64,000 nucleotides of DNA, from assembly GCA_030265395.1 (NCBI GenBank), contig JARFYF010000060.1:20496502-20560501 (forward strand), read 5' to 3'. The notes under the pieces are model-generated. The model did not search any database. It worked only from the letters and a program-made list of their open reading frames with translations, and had not been told where the DNA came from. Shown one piece after another: positions 1 through 12,835 of the stretch. A program made the position numbers and the translations under genes. Source of the stretch: Rhina ancylostomus (taxonomy: Eukaryota). Positions within the stretch are counted from its first letter, which is position 1; each line of letters opens with the position of its first letter.

Positions 1-70
1 ACCATCACGGTAGTGGTTCTAAGGAGGATCTGGTTCATTGTAGCAGAGCTGATTTAGGGAAGAAGAACAA

Positions 71-275
71 AATAAAAATGCCAGAAGCAGGACAGGCAGC
101 ATCCACGGAGGGTGAAACAGTGCTTCACCTCAATGACCCTTCATCTGAACTGTTCTGATAAAGGGTCATCTATCTGAAACATTGACTCTGTTTCTCTCCC
201 TCCCCACAGTTGCCACTTGACTTGATGGCATTTCTGGCATTTTCTGTTCTTGTTTCAGATTGGCAGCTTCTGCTG
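71..275. mobile_element. Penelope-derived fold-back repeat with decayed hammerhead motif
   Basis: Inverted arms 71-151 and 152-275; gttCTGATAAagggtc...GAAAcattgac is a degenerate hammerhead core. Confidence 0.65.
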
Positions 276-1249
276 ATTTTTTTTTGTTCCAATTCCTGTG
301 TTGGGGAAACTTTGACCTCGAGAGGTGGAGATGGGAATGGGCACCACTCCAGATGATGAGATATTGTGCATCCAAGGTAATGATTGGATGCTTGGACAAC
401 ACCCCTGTAACAATGAAAACGTGGATGTTCTACGATGCTGTCTGACGTCCTGAGTTCCTCTGGCGCTTTGTGTGTTGCTTCAGATTCCAGCATCTGCAGT
501 CACTTGTGTCTCCATGAAGAATCCATAGTTCAGTTCGATCACTCATCTCCTGAGTGCTCAGAGATGAGTGGGGCTTTAGTTTGTACAATAGAAGACCCTT
601 ACCCTCTAGTTCTGTACCTGAATTTCAGATGAACAAAGTTCCTGAAAGTTTCAACAGAAATACCAAATGTGCTGTGTGTTCCGGTTGGCAGCACTGTCCT
701 GCATCCATTCTTTTCCATGTCCCAGCACTTTACAAGAACCAAGAAGTAAAACCAGCAGTAATGATTTGGAGAAGGAAATAAGTTTCCATTTGGGATGGAG
801 TAGACTTTGTAGTCTACTTTGGAGTAGACAAAGAATAAGAAGCTGTAATTAATTAAACTGAGAGAAGGATAGAGAAAGGAATGAGAGAGTGAATTGAGGC
901 GTGGGGGAAAGGAAAGCTTTGTGAAAAGCCTGACAGAAGGTTTTGGTCAAATCTTAGACACAGATTTTTATACAGTGGGTTCTGTTAATGGAAATGGGAA
1001 AACTCTGTTTAATCTATCAGGAGTTTCAAAAGAAAATTAGCTAAATACATAAAAAAGGAGACTATAGGCAAAATAAAAGAGGTCTCTTTAAGCCTGCTGA
1101 GTCATGTGGGATCAAGTGGTCTCCAAGTGCAATTTTAAGTCTTATGATTATCTCTTCAAAAGTCCTTTGACTGTTAGTAACCTAATAAAAGGAAGAAGCT
1201 GTTAGTCTCGGCACTGTAACAGCAAAAGAAAGTTGGGATTTTAAAATGA

Positions 1250-1462
1250 AAATCAGAAAACAAAACTGCAGATGCTGGAAATACTCATCAGGCAGCATCA
1301 GTGGGAAGAGAAACAGAGTTAACATTTCAGATTGAGGACCCTTCATTGGAACAGGGTCTCATTACTGATGAAGGGTCTTTGACCTGAAACATTAACTCTG
1401 TTTCCCTTCCCACAGATCCGGCCTGACCTGCTGAGTATTTCCAACATTTTGTGTTTTATTTT
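1250..1462. mobile_element. Penelope-derived fold-back repeat with minimal hammerhead motif
   Basis: Arms of about 90 nt (1257-1346 and 1365-1461) are reverse complements. Right arm reads CTGATGA-agggtc-ttt-gacct-GAAAC-attaact (1365-1397). Confidence 0.75.
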
Positions 1463-4173
1463 AGGACTTTTAACTCCAGTTCTCTCCCCCCACCCTCATC
1501 CCTTCTCCCTCATCCCGAGGTAACAACTTTGTAGTTTCCAAGCCAAATTCAGCTGCTCTTGTAAATGATTTAACTGATTATATCAGATAACATTACTTGT
1601 AATTTTGCTTTTTTTTTGTCCAGTTGCATTAACCTGTCTCTTATTGAGTGATCTGAATCTCCAGAATGTAGTATTTAGTTACAGTAAAACTTTAGAACTT
1701 GCTCCTGGATGTTGGCCAGATTTGCTTACAATGAGAGTGCCGTATAAAGCAGTACCTCATTCTGCTGCTCATTTTTTATTTTTAACCCTCTCTCTGTGGT
1801 GAGAGGGAGAGCCACTCAAGGGGACTTCCAGTCCTAGCCCTCTTCCTGCCTAATTCTCAATCTCTTTCCTGAACAGATTGGCGCTTTGCCAGACTGATGC
1901 TGTCAGCACCTTTCTCCCTGCAATGAATAGAAGAAAAAGTTTGTGTTTTATGGTACGTTTATAGATGAAAGCACTTCACAAGCCGTGAAGGATATTTGAG
2001 GTTTAGTCACAAGTCTGCTAGTTTAAATTATGCTATCAGTTTGCACATAGAAAGCTCCCAGCCTGTATATATGAACGAGTGTTTGGGAGATTGGTGGGGT
2101 GGATTTGCTAGTGGCTGTGGGCATTTCCTGCCATGTGAGAACTCTGTTTGCGGCTGCATTTCTGACCTGTGAACTGTTCGGGTTACAGACAATTCATTCA
2201 TAGGGATGGAACTGTGCTGTAACTAGGGGGAGATTTGTACTCTGTTTTATATTNNNNNNNNNNNNNNNNNNNNNNNNNNNNNNNNNNNNNNNNNNNNNNN
2301 NNNNNNNNNNNNNNNNNNNNNNNNNNNNNNNNNNNNNNNNNNNNNNNNNNNNNGTTTTATATTAATACTGTTGAATTAGAAGTATTTTTCTGCCTAATGG
2401 GGACAGCTCCACTTGATGCTGTGAAATCTTTCTGTATTCCTGCAGACTGGAATATAAAGCAATGGGTGTTTTATTGAAGGATTGACTTCAAAGTGAAACA
2501 AATACTTGAATTTCTATAAATTAATTATAATGTGAAACGTTCATTTTAGAACAACTATTAAAACATCAGTATTTGTAGATTTTCTGTTATCGTCCCCCTG
2601 AGAAGGCAGACAAGATTTGGAATTAACTTCTCAGCCAAAAGTTATAGCACTCCCTCTATTGTACTGGCTTGATAATGTGCTTGAATATCTGGGCTGAGAT
2701 TTCAACCCACAACCTTCTGACCAAAGCAAGGTTTTATGCACTGAGCCACCAGTGTTGATGGAGAAATGACAGGGCATATAGGTGACTTAGTGGGAGGATA
2801 GAAATCATGTTACTGGTGGCTGATTTCTCTGCCAAACACACATCCTGTCAAAGTGTAAGAAATCTGGAAATATTGGTAAAAGTGAACACTCGACTGGTAT
2901 GAAACTGTGTACACTTTTCCAACTGGTATGANNNNNNNNNNNNNNNNNNNNNNNNNNNNNNNNNNNNNNNNNNNNNNNNNNNNNNNNNNNNNNNNNNNNN
3001 NNNNNNNNNNNNNNNNNNNNNNNNNNNNNNNNNGGGCAATATTGTCCTTGTCCCAAGTAATCATGTCCTTGGATATGTTCCACTGTGTAACAGAAACCAC
3101 CAGCCTGCAGCATATCTGCTCCGGATGCTGAAGGCACATTAAACATCAGTGCTACTGGATGGTAATTATTTAAATTAATTCATTGGGTTTTCTACCACTG
3201 GTTGTCCCCAAGACGATAAAGACCTAAGTGGTGAGTTGCCACCCACCCAGCAGTTCATTGTTTTGGTCAGTTGTTTCTCGAGCAAATTGTTAACCACATT
3301 GATGTGGGACTGGGATCGCATTATATGACTTGTAAGTAGGTCTCCTTCCCTAAAAGGGCATTAATGGGAATTATTTGGTTTTTTTTTAAAAACAATTATC
3401 CATCAGCTTCATGATCACTTTCACCCACTATAGCTTTTTATTTCCCAGAGATCTTAGCAACTAAATTTACCTTTTCGAACTATTATATTATGTCACTAAT
3501 GTAGTGGTTCCGTTTTACAACAGTCCTCCTTGATGTATGCATTTTGAGTGCGATGCTAATCAAAGTGCTCCGAACATGGGAGAGAAAACAGAATTTTTTG
3601 AGGAGTGTTTTGGGGATTGAGGAGACCACTTGGTTAGTGTTGCTTCTCAGCGACACCTTTCATCAAAGTGGGAGAAGCTGAAAATAAATCACTACTGAAG
3701 ACATTTCGTATTCCATTAAATTTTTTTTAACACTACAGCACGTCAGTAAGGTTGACCATGGAGGGAGCAGCATTTATAATCAGTAGAATGCAGCCAGTAA
3801 GATGTCCTTTGTACTACGAGTTTTGTGTGAAGCAGACTCTCTCCTTCCCTATGGTGGGTGAACTGCAACAAAATTGAGGCTGTGGTGTAATGTGGGTGGG
3901 GGGGAAAGGGAAGGGTAGAAATCATAGGGCAGATGAGCTAACAAGAAAGCTCAATTTAAAAGTTTAATTGGCTAACTTCCACAGGCTAGAGAGTGTTTTA
4001 ATGACTCTCAATAACTTCAGTTAAAACTAGTTGAGCAGAAAATAGATCGGAGGAGGGATGCCTCAGGCTAATGTAGATTTGTGTTTTGTGTCAAGATCTT
4101 GGTTCTGCTTCCAGGAAACCATGCCCACAAAGTGCCTGCTGTTTCCCTTCCTTCCCGGGTTGGTGGTCTGCCT

Positions 4174-4191
4174 GAGAGAGAGAGAGAGAGA
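4174..4191. repeat. (GA)n microsatellite
   Basis: gagagagagagagagaga run. Confidence 0.85.
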
Positions 4192-4924
4192 GCTGAGGAC
4201 TGACAACTGTTTTCTTAGCAATCTGCAGATTGTCACATCAAATGAGGAAGAGACTTCAGAATCGGAAGTGAAGTACCATAATACTTCTGCACAAGCCATT
4301 TTAAATACCAAGATCATTGCAGCTTCCCAAAATCACTTATTTTTACATTCAGATGATTAAGTGCACCAATTTTTCTTAACTCTCTTGTGTCCATTTTCTC
4401 CCTTGGCTGGGTTAACTGTTTCTTACCTGGTTTTCCCACTTAGCGTCATAGAGAGACAGCACAGATATTGCGCCTAGTGGGTGGGGGAATGGGTGTTAAT
4501 TTGAATGTGTACCCTGGTTTCTTCATTTTTCAGTTTATAGTCATCCCCAAATAGCTAATTCTGGGAGAAGGGTGAGCATGATTTTATTTTTCCAGCTTGC
4601 TGGGGCTGCTGAGGGCAACTACTCCAGTTTCATGAAATGGTTTATGTGATGGGAATCCACTGAGTTTACTTGTGAAAGTCACTTGCCTGACCCTCAGTGG
4701 TCCTCTTGTAGGACTCCTGGTTAGGCACCTGTGAACCAGAGAAGCTACATGTACAGATATACCAATAAATCCAGAGCTATCAGCTGACCTACTGTGGACA
4801 ACTCTGCTTGCGAGAAGGTTCCTTGCTCAACATAACATTTGCAGGTTGTTTTGAGTATACCGGTCATAGTGGCAGATTCTCCCTCCAAAAAGCTGCATGA
4901 GCAGAATCAATAATAATCAAAAAG

Positions 4925-5040
4925 CAAAACAAAAAGCAGTTGCTGGAAGTCTGAAGTAAAGATGAGAAGTACTCAGCAAGTCAGGCAGCATCTGCAGAGA
5001 GAGAAATGGTCAATGTTTCAGGCCGATGAGCTCTCATCAT
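4925..5040 (-). mobile_element. Penelope-derived repeat, single arm
   Basis: Family signature tactcagcaagtcaggcagcatctgcagagagagaaa...tgtttcagg. Confidence 0.6.
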
Positions 5041-5296
5041 TGATTACAATGCGATAGGTTTACTCGCGCATTTCTTGTACCATTTGTGAGCTTCTTCAAA
5101 AATAGTCTTTTTTGGCAAGATTCTGTATTCAGTGAATTTGCTTCTTCTAAGTTTAAGGCTGTGGAAAGCTTTGGTAGCACAGACATAGGGTTGCCATTGT
5201 AGGGCATGAACAAAACTAAAGGTCATCAGTAGAAACACACATAGAATGCTGGAGGAACTCAGCAGGTCAGGCAGTGCCTATTGGAGGGAAAGAAAC

Positions 5297-5332
5297 AGTC
5301 GACATTTCGGGTCGAGATCCTTCATCAGGACT
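5297..5332 (-). ncRNA. Minimal type-I hammerhead ribozyme motif (Penelope-type) within repeat 5232-5345
   Basis: Minus strand reads AGTC-CTGATGA-aggatc-tc-gaccc-GAAA-tg-TC-GACT: stem I AGTC/GACT, CUGAUGA core, stem II, GAAA, GUC cleavage triplet. Confidence 0.6.
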
Positions 5333-5564
5333 CATGAAGGCTCTCACCAATCATCACCAGTCTTGTCTCCAGACACCATTATTGTGGATTCTTTAGTGGT
5401 GAGAATGTGGAACTGGCATTGACAAAAGATAGAATCACAAACTGCTACCTGAAGCTTGGTAAACGCACAAGGAAGACATTCCTGCTGATCAGTTAAAAGA
5501 GCATTGGGGAAGGGAAGAGGAGGAATATTCCAATAAAATTGATGTGGACTGAATATTAAAAAAA

Positions 5565-5775
5565 TAAAACTACAGATGTGGAGATCTGAAATAAGGTCTG
5601 AAAATGCAAGAAACACTCAGCAGGTCGGGCAGCATTTGCGGAAAGGAACTGAATGAATGCTTCAGGGCTTTCCACTGATGCTGCCTGACCTGCTACGTGT
5701 TGAGTCTTTGACCTGAAATGTTAAATCTGGTTCCCTTTCCATAGATGCTGACAGACCTGCTGAGTACTTCCTGAC
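5565..5775. mobile_element. Penelope-derived fold-back repeat (rearranged, right arm duplicated)
   Basis: aacactcagcaggtcgggcagcat followed by two atgctg..gacctgct reverse-complement arms. Confidence 0.6.
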
Positions 5776-5911
5776 ATGGACCAGTTAGACTGAATGGACT
5801 TTGATGTATACCCATGCAGTTTATTCTTGTTAAATGTAAGCCTTTTCTCCCCTAAGGTGTAAACAATAAATGTGCTACAATCTGTAACTTGGAAGATATA
5901 GGATGTATATT

Positions 5912-6143
5912 AGATATTTCTAAGTCACGTGTACATAGAAATACACAGTGAAATTTGTCCTTTTGTGTTACTGAGAATGTGCTGGGGGCAGCCCGTAAGT
6001 GTCGCCACGCTTCCAGCACCAACATAGCACGCCCACAGCTCCTAACCTCTACATCTTTGGAGTGTGGGAAGAAACTCATGCAGACACAAGGAGAACATAC
6101 AGTCAGTGCCTCCTTACAGTCAGCGGCGGGAATTGAAACCGGC
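5912..6143 (-). mobile_element. tRNA-derived V-SINE, Rex/Babar-type tail subfamily (5'-truncated)
   Basis: Same sequence family as 33328 and 42012 (tgctgggggcagcccgtaagtgtcgccacgcttcc...). Confidence 0.75.
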
Positions 6144-6711
6144 ACAGGTTCTGCTCTCTCCTTAACTGAGGGAAGGTGTATTTCTGCATGTTAGTAGTAA
6201 TTTGATATTTTCCATCCCACTGGCTCGCCACAGTATTTTTTTTTTACTTTGGTTGCCTCAGGTTTCTGCAGTTCAACTATGAATTTTATTGAAGTCACTA
6301 AGTTGGTCAATAAGTCTTTCACTAATATGAAAGATAGCGTGAGCTTGACAGGTGAAACTGCCGCAGATGAAATACTGAAGGCCCACTCCTGTGTCTGTCA
6401 TTCAGCGGGTGGCCCTCTTGCCTCTGTCAGAAGATATGGGTTCAAATACCAATCTTGACAACTGAGCCAGAGGCTGGCACTCCAATGACGTACTGGAGGA
6501 GTGCCACATTGCAGGAGGATAAGATTTTAAACTGAGAGCCTGTTGCCCCCTCAGGAGAACATAAAATACATAATAGTACTGTGCAGGAACAAATCATGGT
6601 GTCCTAGTGGGTCTAGAGTCAGCTTTTGGCCAGATCAGTGAAGGACAATAGATTTCCTTCTCTGAAGGGTGTTAAGTGATGGGTTTTTTGCAACAATCTA
6701 GTAATGTTAAG

Positions 6712-7450
6712 ATGTAGAAACAAGGGTAGACCATTCGTCCCTAAGCCTGCTGTGTGATTCATTCAGATTTTAGCAAATCTGAAGTAGCACAAGCCCATTC
6801 TCTTGCATTTTTCCCCATTATCCTTGATAACCCTTTTCTAATTGAAAGTCTGTCTTGGCCTTAAATATACGCAAGGACTTCTTGTCACAGAGAACTGTGG
6901 GAACAGAGTTCTTCAGTCACTCAACCCTCTGAGGAAAAGCATTTTTTCTCCCATTTCTTTAATAGGTGCCTCCTTATTCTGAGACAATGCTCTGTGCTCC
7001 TGGACACTCCTATGGGAGGAAATGTTATCTAAGCATTTACCCTGTCTAACCCCTTAAGAACCTTATCAATTTCAATAAGATTGACCTCTCATTTTTCTAA
7101 AAGTCCATTGAGTAGATTCCAACCTGTTTAATATTGCCTTGTAGGTCAAAACCCTCATACCCAAGATCATTCAAGTAAACCTTCCCTGAAATGCCTATAA
7201 TGAACTATTATTTTTGTTTAAACAGGGAGTCCAAAACTGTTCAGTACTCTGAATGTGCTCTCACTAGTGCGTTGACCAATTGTACTAAGACTCCAATACT
7301 TTTCTACTCTAATCCTCCTGAATTAAGGACCAACATTCCCTATTACTTGCTGCACTCGTGTGCTAGCCTTCTGAGTTTCATACACAAGGGCCTCCAAATC
7401 CTGTTGAGCTACCATAGTTTTCCTCCATTTAAACAATGCTCAGCTCTGTT
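6712..7450 (-). mobile_element. Diverged CR1 LINE 3' fragment
   Basis: Reverse-strand CR1 hallmarks: accctctgaggaaaa, aaccttatcaatttcaataag, caaaactgttcagtactc. Confidence 0.7.
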
Positions 7451-10357
7451 CTTCTGTGCTTCCTGCCATAATGACCAATTTAACCATTTACCAAGTTATT
7501 GCCTACTCTTCTACCTTATCTTTTCCAAGTTTGAAATTTTATTTAATCCCTGCATGGGTCATAGTGGGATCAATGGTCCTGAATTCTGTGTTAGCCCAGT
7601 GATTTAACTACAGCTCTACGTCCAGTTAGGCAGAGCCCAGATATCTCCATAACAAAGCCACCTCTGCTGTGCTCCAACTGTGGGACTTGGCTTTAATGCA
7701 TGTGTGTGTTTCCATTATTTGCACCAACCCTTCTACTGGAGTGTAGTAAGTCCCGCTCAATTATGAGCAGTTTGGTGCAGTGGATGTGTAATTGCTTGGA
7801 ACAAGTATGTGAATGCTGCAAGATCATTTCACAAAGCTCCTTCTTTGTAGAAGGAAGAAGTGGAGACAACTTAATTTTTTCCTAATTGCTTCAGTGTGGC
7901 CTTGACACAAGCCCGGAATCCAGGGAGAAAGGGCAGTGAGATTGTCTTAATGTGATCAGTTGTGAGCTGGTGTAATTTATTGCTGATGCCAAAATATGTT
8001 TATAATCAGACTGAAGTGAATATACATCGACTGTATCCATATAAAGACTAAGATAAATTTTGCGTGGGCCGGGGTAATTTTTGTTTATTAGAAAATTACA
8101 GGAAGACTGTGGGTGATTATACATTCAAGGATGCTGCACGCAAGATTTTGTGATGCAAACTGGCTCCGTGGGGGATCAGGAGGCACGCGTGTGTACAGTA
8201 GCCTGATTGGGGACAGCAACCATGCATTCTCCTAATTACTGCAGTTTCTTTTCTAGCAAAGTTTTTAAGTTTGAATTGGATAGGACAAGGCAATATTCCC
8301 CAAATCACCTTTTCTGTAAAACACACACCATCCAAGGCAGCCTGTGGGTGGTGACAACTTTTGTATTCATTTAAGTTGCACCTTTAAAGCAGGCAAATGT
8401 TCCAAAGAGCCTCATTAAGGCCAAGACACTTTGACAGAACAGAAAGGAATATTGGGACAGTGATCTAAAGCTCAGTGAATGAGCTGGTTTCTAGGAGTAT
8501 CTTTGACATGAAAGGTTCAGGGATGAAACCAGCAGGTGCATTGCAGTGAACATACTGCAGATGAATCTCATCTGTTCTTTACCTCATCCCACCAATTAAT
8601 TCTGCTCCCTTCTCCCTCATGGACTTATCCTACCTCCCTTGGAACATGTCAATGCTGGTGACTTCAACTACACCTTGCAGCAATCATCCCCACATTCAAT
8701 CCGCATACTGGGTGGAAGTGTATCTTCTGAATTCCTGTTGGATTTATGAGTGACGATCTTCCTCCCTGGACCTGGTGCCTCCTGCAAATGGAAATGTTTC
8801 TTTTACACTGAGAAAATTAAGGAAGATTTGGGTTTCTTAGCAGAAGAGAAGAACCTCTGACTGACTGCTTTCCCTGATGAATGCAACCTGTTCTGTCTGC
8901 TGTCAGTGTAGGAGATGTATTTTTGTTATTTCTGAGTGCCTTTGTATCTTATAACATAGAGACTATATCCCGTCATATTGCTCTAATAAGGACTTAAGGA
9001 AAAGAGAAGCAACAGAGTCAAGGGAGGAGTGGTAGGAAGGGCTGGGAAAGGATTTTGCATTGTGGGACCTAAATGCAGTGCAACCAGAGGTGGAACAATT
9101 TTGAGATCAGGGCTGGACCTAAATCGCTTGTTTGAAGTTTTGTTTGAAGTTTTCATCTTGGAAGTGTTGGAACATCTGACTCAAATATGCAGGTCACAAA
9201 GCCCACCGCTTTCAGAGGGATTCCTTTGTACCTAAATTTAATTTGTTTCAGATTATTTCAAAGAATAAACCTTTATCTCCAGCTTCCAGAAAGTCGTCTG
9301 GTGGACAATATGTGGAATGATCCGGCACGGACTTACTGAGCCACCTGGGATCATGTTGGTTTGTAGAGATGGAGTTGATGTGGCCCCATTAGTTAGACAG
9401 ACCATTTATCTCTGGGTGCAATTATTGCAATGGAATACAAGCCTTACTATGTTGAAATTGAAGTAAATATGAAGACTCCAACCTCTTCAATTTTTCTTTC
9501 ACAAGACCTCAGTTATGTAACTTCCCTAAACTGGTCCTCCTCAAGTTAATTGGGTGGTATTCTGCTCCATTTCAAATTAGCTCGTAACTTGTACATTCCA
9601 GTTTCCGGCCTTTTCAGCCTTTGTGGTTTCCTTTTGCAATGACTTCCACCTTTCATCCAGGGAGGTCCAGCAGATATTGGAAACGTAAAACAAAATGAGA
9701 AATGCTGCAAGTGTTCAGTAGATTGGGCAGTATCTGTGGAGAGAGAAACAGTTGTTGGCATTTCAGTTCACTGGGCTTTTATCAGAACTTGGAAAAATTA
9801 GAAATAAAACAAATTGCAGGGCAAGGGAGGGAGAACAGAAGGGCAGATGAGGACAAGGAGAGATGGATGGACAGAAGTGGTGGTGGAATATTTTATACTT
9901 TTAGGGAAAGATATAGAAGGAGTCTCTTGTTGCTCTGCTTGTGCCTTCTGGCCAGTTGATAAAGGGGTTTATTGGGCTGTAATCCAGGATAATAAGAGCT
10001 GCTGGTTGCGCTGTTTTTCAGAACATTGCAAAATCTGTTTGCTCTGAAGTTAATGAGGCATACTGTGTCCTCTTTTGTTTTGAGAAATGTTTACCAAAGT
10101 GACTTCAATACTGGATAGATCACAGAAATGAGATCAACTAAAATTACCTCATGAATTAGATCATTTCCAGTAGGAAGCTGTTTGCACAGTTCTCTATATT
10201 ATGTGGGCATTGCTTTGGCATTAAAACTGGAAGGTGGTAATCACCCTGCAAACAATATTGCTGCATTTGAAAATGGTGGAGGTGTAGAGCTTTGCTTGTG
10301 ATGCTTTGTCACAGTTAAGTATTTGAATATTTGTACTTTCTCATGACAGATAATTTG

Positions 10358-10650
10358 GCATTCATTCCATCGAGTGTCTGCAGGCTTGCAGAACAATCCC
10401 ATTCCCCCACCTGTTTCCCTCCAACCAATCCTGTCTCATGTCTATCAACTCCTCACTGATTCTATTACTGCTCGTGTACTCAAGGGGTTAAGTACAGTGG
10501 TCAGTTAACCAACTGTCCAGTGTATCTTTGAGATGTAGGAGGAAACTGTAGTGTCTGGGGAGAACTGTGCAACCACAGGGAGAACAGACAAACCCCACCC
10601 AGACAATACCAGAGATTAGAATTGAGCAGGATCTGCCTTATGATCCACTG
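10358..10650 (-). mobile_element. Diverged V-SINE
   Basis: tctttgagatgtaggaggaaactg...cacagggagaacagacaaaccccacccagaca is the reverse V-domain. Confidence 0.6.
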
Positions 10651-11487
10651 TTTATTGATGCAGCTGCATATTAGTTATGGAACTGAAATTTAACATTTCT
10701 ACTTTGTGCAAATTGCATTTATGTAGCACCTATCAGGACATGGCAAAGCATACTGAATAATTTTGAACTATAAATCAGGACAAGTGGTGACTAATTAGTT
10801 GTCAGTAAGGTCCTGTAAATAAGAAGTCCTATGCTCCTCTTCAAAATAACAACATCATGGGATGTTTTGCAACCCCTTTTACCCCAACACACCTGGTACT
10901 TAACATTCACTGGAGAAAGATGGAACATTCCTAGTATATATGACTCAATAAGAATAAACTTGGTATGTTTTCATTTAAGAAACATCTTCTCTTGGTGGAA
11001 GTGTCCAAAGAATGTGTTATTTTGAGGAATTGGACTTGGTCCAGTGAGTAGCAGTCAAGGTTTCTTGGACTGAAGTCTTTGAGCACATGATCTATGAAGA
11101 ACTTCCAATGGAGGAGTGCTATATTGTTAGCAGTACCGTTTCCTGGATGAGTTGATGAACCAAATTCCCACCTTTGGGTGGACTGACCTCCCATAGTGCC
11201 ATTGTGAAGAAGAGGTGTGGGTTTTCCTTAATGTCCCATCCTGAGGTGGTAAGTAGTGCCAGACAAATGCAAGATTTTACTTAAAAAGTAATTGAAGCAA
11301 AAAGGTGGTTGCTGAAAGTCAGCAAAAAAAGAAAAATATAGAGAGAAATAGAGAGAGANNNNNNNNNNNNNNNNNNNNNNNNNNNNNNNNNNNNNNNNNN
11401 NNNNNNNNNNNNNNNNNNNNNNNNNNNNNNNNNNNNNNNNNNNNNNNNNNNNNNNNNNCAAAAAAAGAAAAATATAGAGAGAAATAG

Positions 11488-11612
11488 TCAATGACCCTTC
11501 CTCAGAACTCAAGAGAACAGTTCTGATGAAGCTGACCTGAAATGTTGACTCAGTTTCTTTCTCCATAGAAGCTACCTGACCTGTTGAGTATTCCTGGCAC
11601 TTTCTAGTTTGT
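11488..11612 (+). mobile_element. Penelope-derived repeat with hammerhead core, stem II partly deleted
   Basis: cagttCTGATGAagctgacctGAAAtgttgact...acctgacctgttgagtattcctggca. Confidence 0.6.
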
Positions 11613-12369
11613 TTCTTTTAATAAATGGTACGGCTATGAATGAGAGGTGGAAAGCAGGATGTAGGAGAAAGAGACTGCTCCTCACAGCATTACAAGGCCA
11701 AGCTATTGTCTGTTGATTTTGGAAGAACTTTGTTTTTAAGCCATTGGATGCAATTACTTCTTTCCTTCCTTTTGCCTTACCATGAATACCATGTGGTCCC
11801 TGTGGTAATTGGCATGCAACTATTCAATACAACTGCTATCTTATGGTTGATGGGTTGTTACTACTTAGAAAATCTGTCAAATAGTTAACGATTGTATTAT
11901 TGTCCACAGAATGCTTGTTCAGTTAAGATCTGGGTGCCTCGGCAAAACAGCGGTATTTCCTTGATGTGCTGTGTGTAAATGAGTTAAAGCGACACTCAGC
12001 CAGACCAGACTGTACACCACAGCCACGTGATAAAGGGGATAGTGGTCGCCCAGATCAAGCTTTATGGTGTCTATGGTTAGACCAATAGCTTCGGTTGTTC
12101 TCTCCAGTACCTTGAGGATGCTGTTTAGTCCTTACCTACAATCACTAGACTAGAGATGATCATCGTATTTGCAAAGAATTTCTTTCTGTCATGTTTCAGG
12201 AGGTTTTAAAATGGCTCCACCTGGCTTCCTTCCTCTGATTGGAGCAAGCCTTCCTGTTGAGGGTACCAGGAGATGATTGGCAGAACCGATCACAATTTTA
12301 CTTCCAGTTGACTGAGACTGAGAAACACTTTTTTTTGAGGAACTGGAACATATTCCTAAGGCTCAAAAT

Positions 12370-12835
12370 GGGCAGCACAGTGACTCAGTCAGTACTGGTG
12401 GTGCTTCATGGTTTTGGCCAGACAGTTTCAATCCTGACCTGTGGTGCAATCAGTGTGGAGTTTGTACCTTTTCCCTGTGATTTCCTCCAAGTGCTCCGGT
12501 TTCCTCCCACATCCCAAAGACGTGTTGGCTGGTANNNNNNNNNNNNNNNNNNNNNNNNNNNNNNNNNNNNNNNNNNNNNNNNNNNNNNNNNNNNNNNNNN
12601 NNNNNNNNNNNNNNNNNNNNNNNNNNNNNNNNNNAGTGCTCCGGTTTCCTCCCACATCCCAAAGACGTGTTGGCTGGTAGGTTAATTGGTTACTGGTAAT
12701 TACCTGTAGTGAAGGTGAGTGGTAGAGAATCGGGGGGGGTGGGGAAGGGGGTAGAATAACCTGTTGAACAATGCGAAAGAGAATGGGTTAGAGGGGAATG
12801 GGACTGGTGGACCAGTTCACTGGCTGAATGGCCCA
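12370..12835 (+). mobile_element. V-SINE (HE1-like) with CR1-type tail; contains 100-N gap
   Basis: gggcagcacagtg head, gtggagtttg...gtgctccggtttcctcccacatcccaaagac V-domain, tail ...ggctgaatggcc. Confidence 0.75.
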
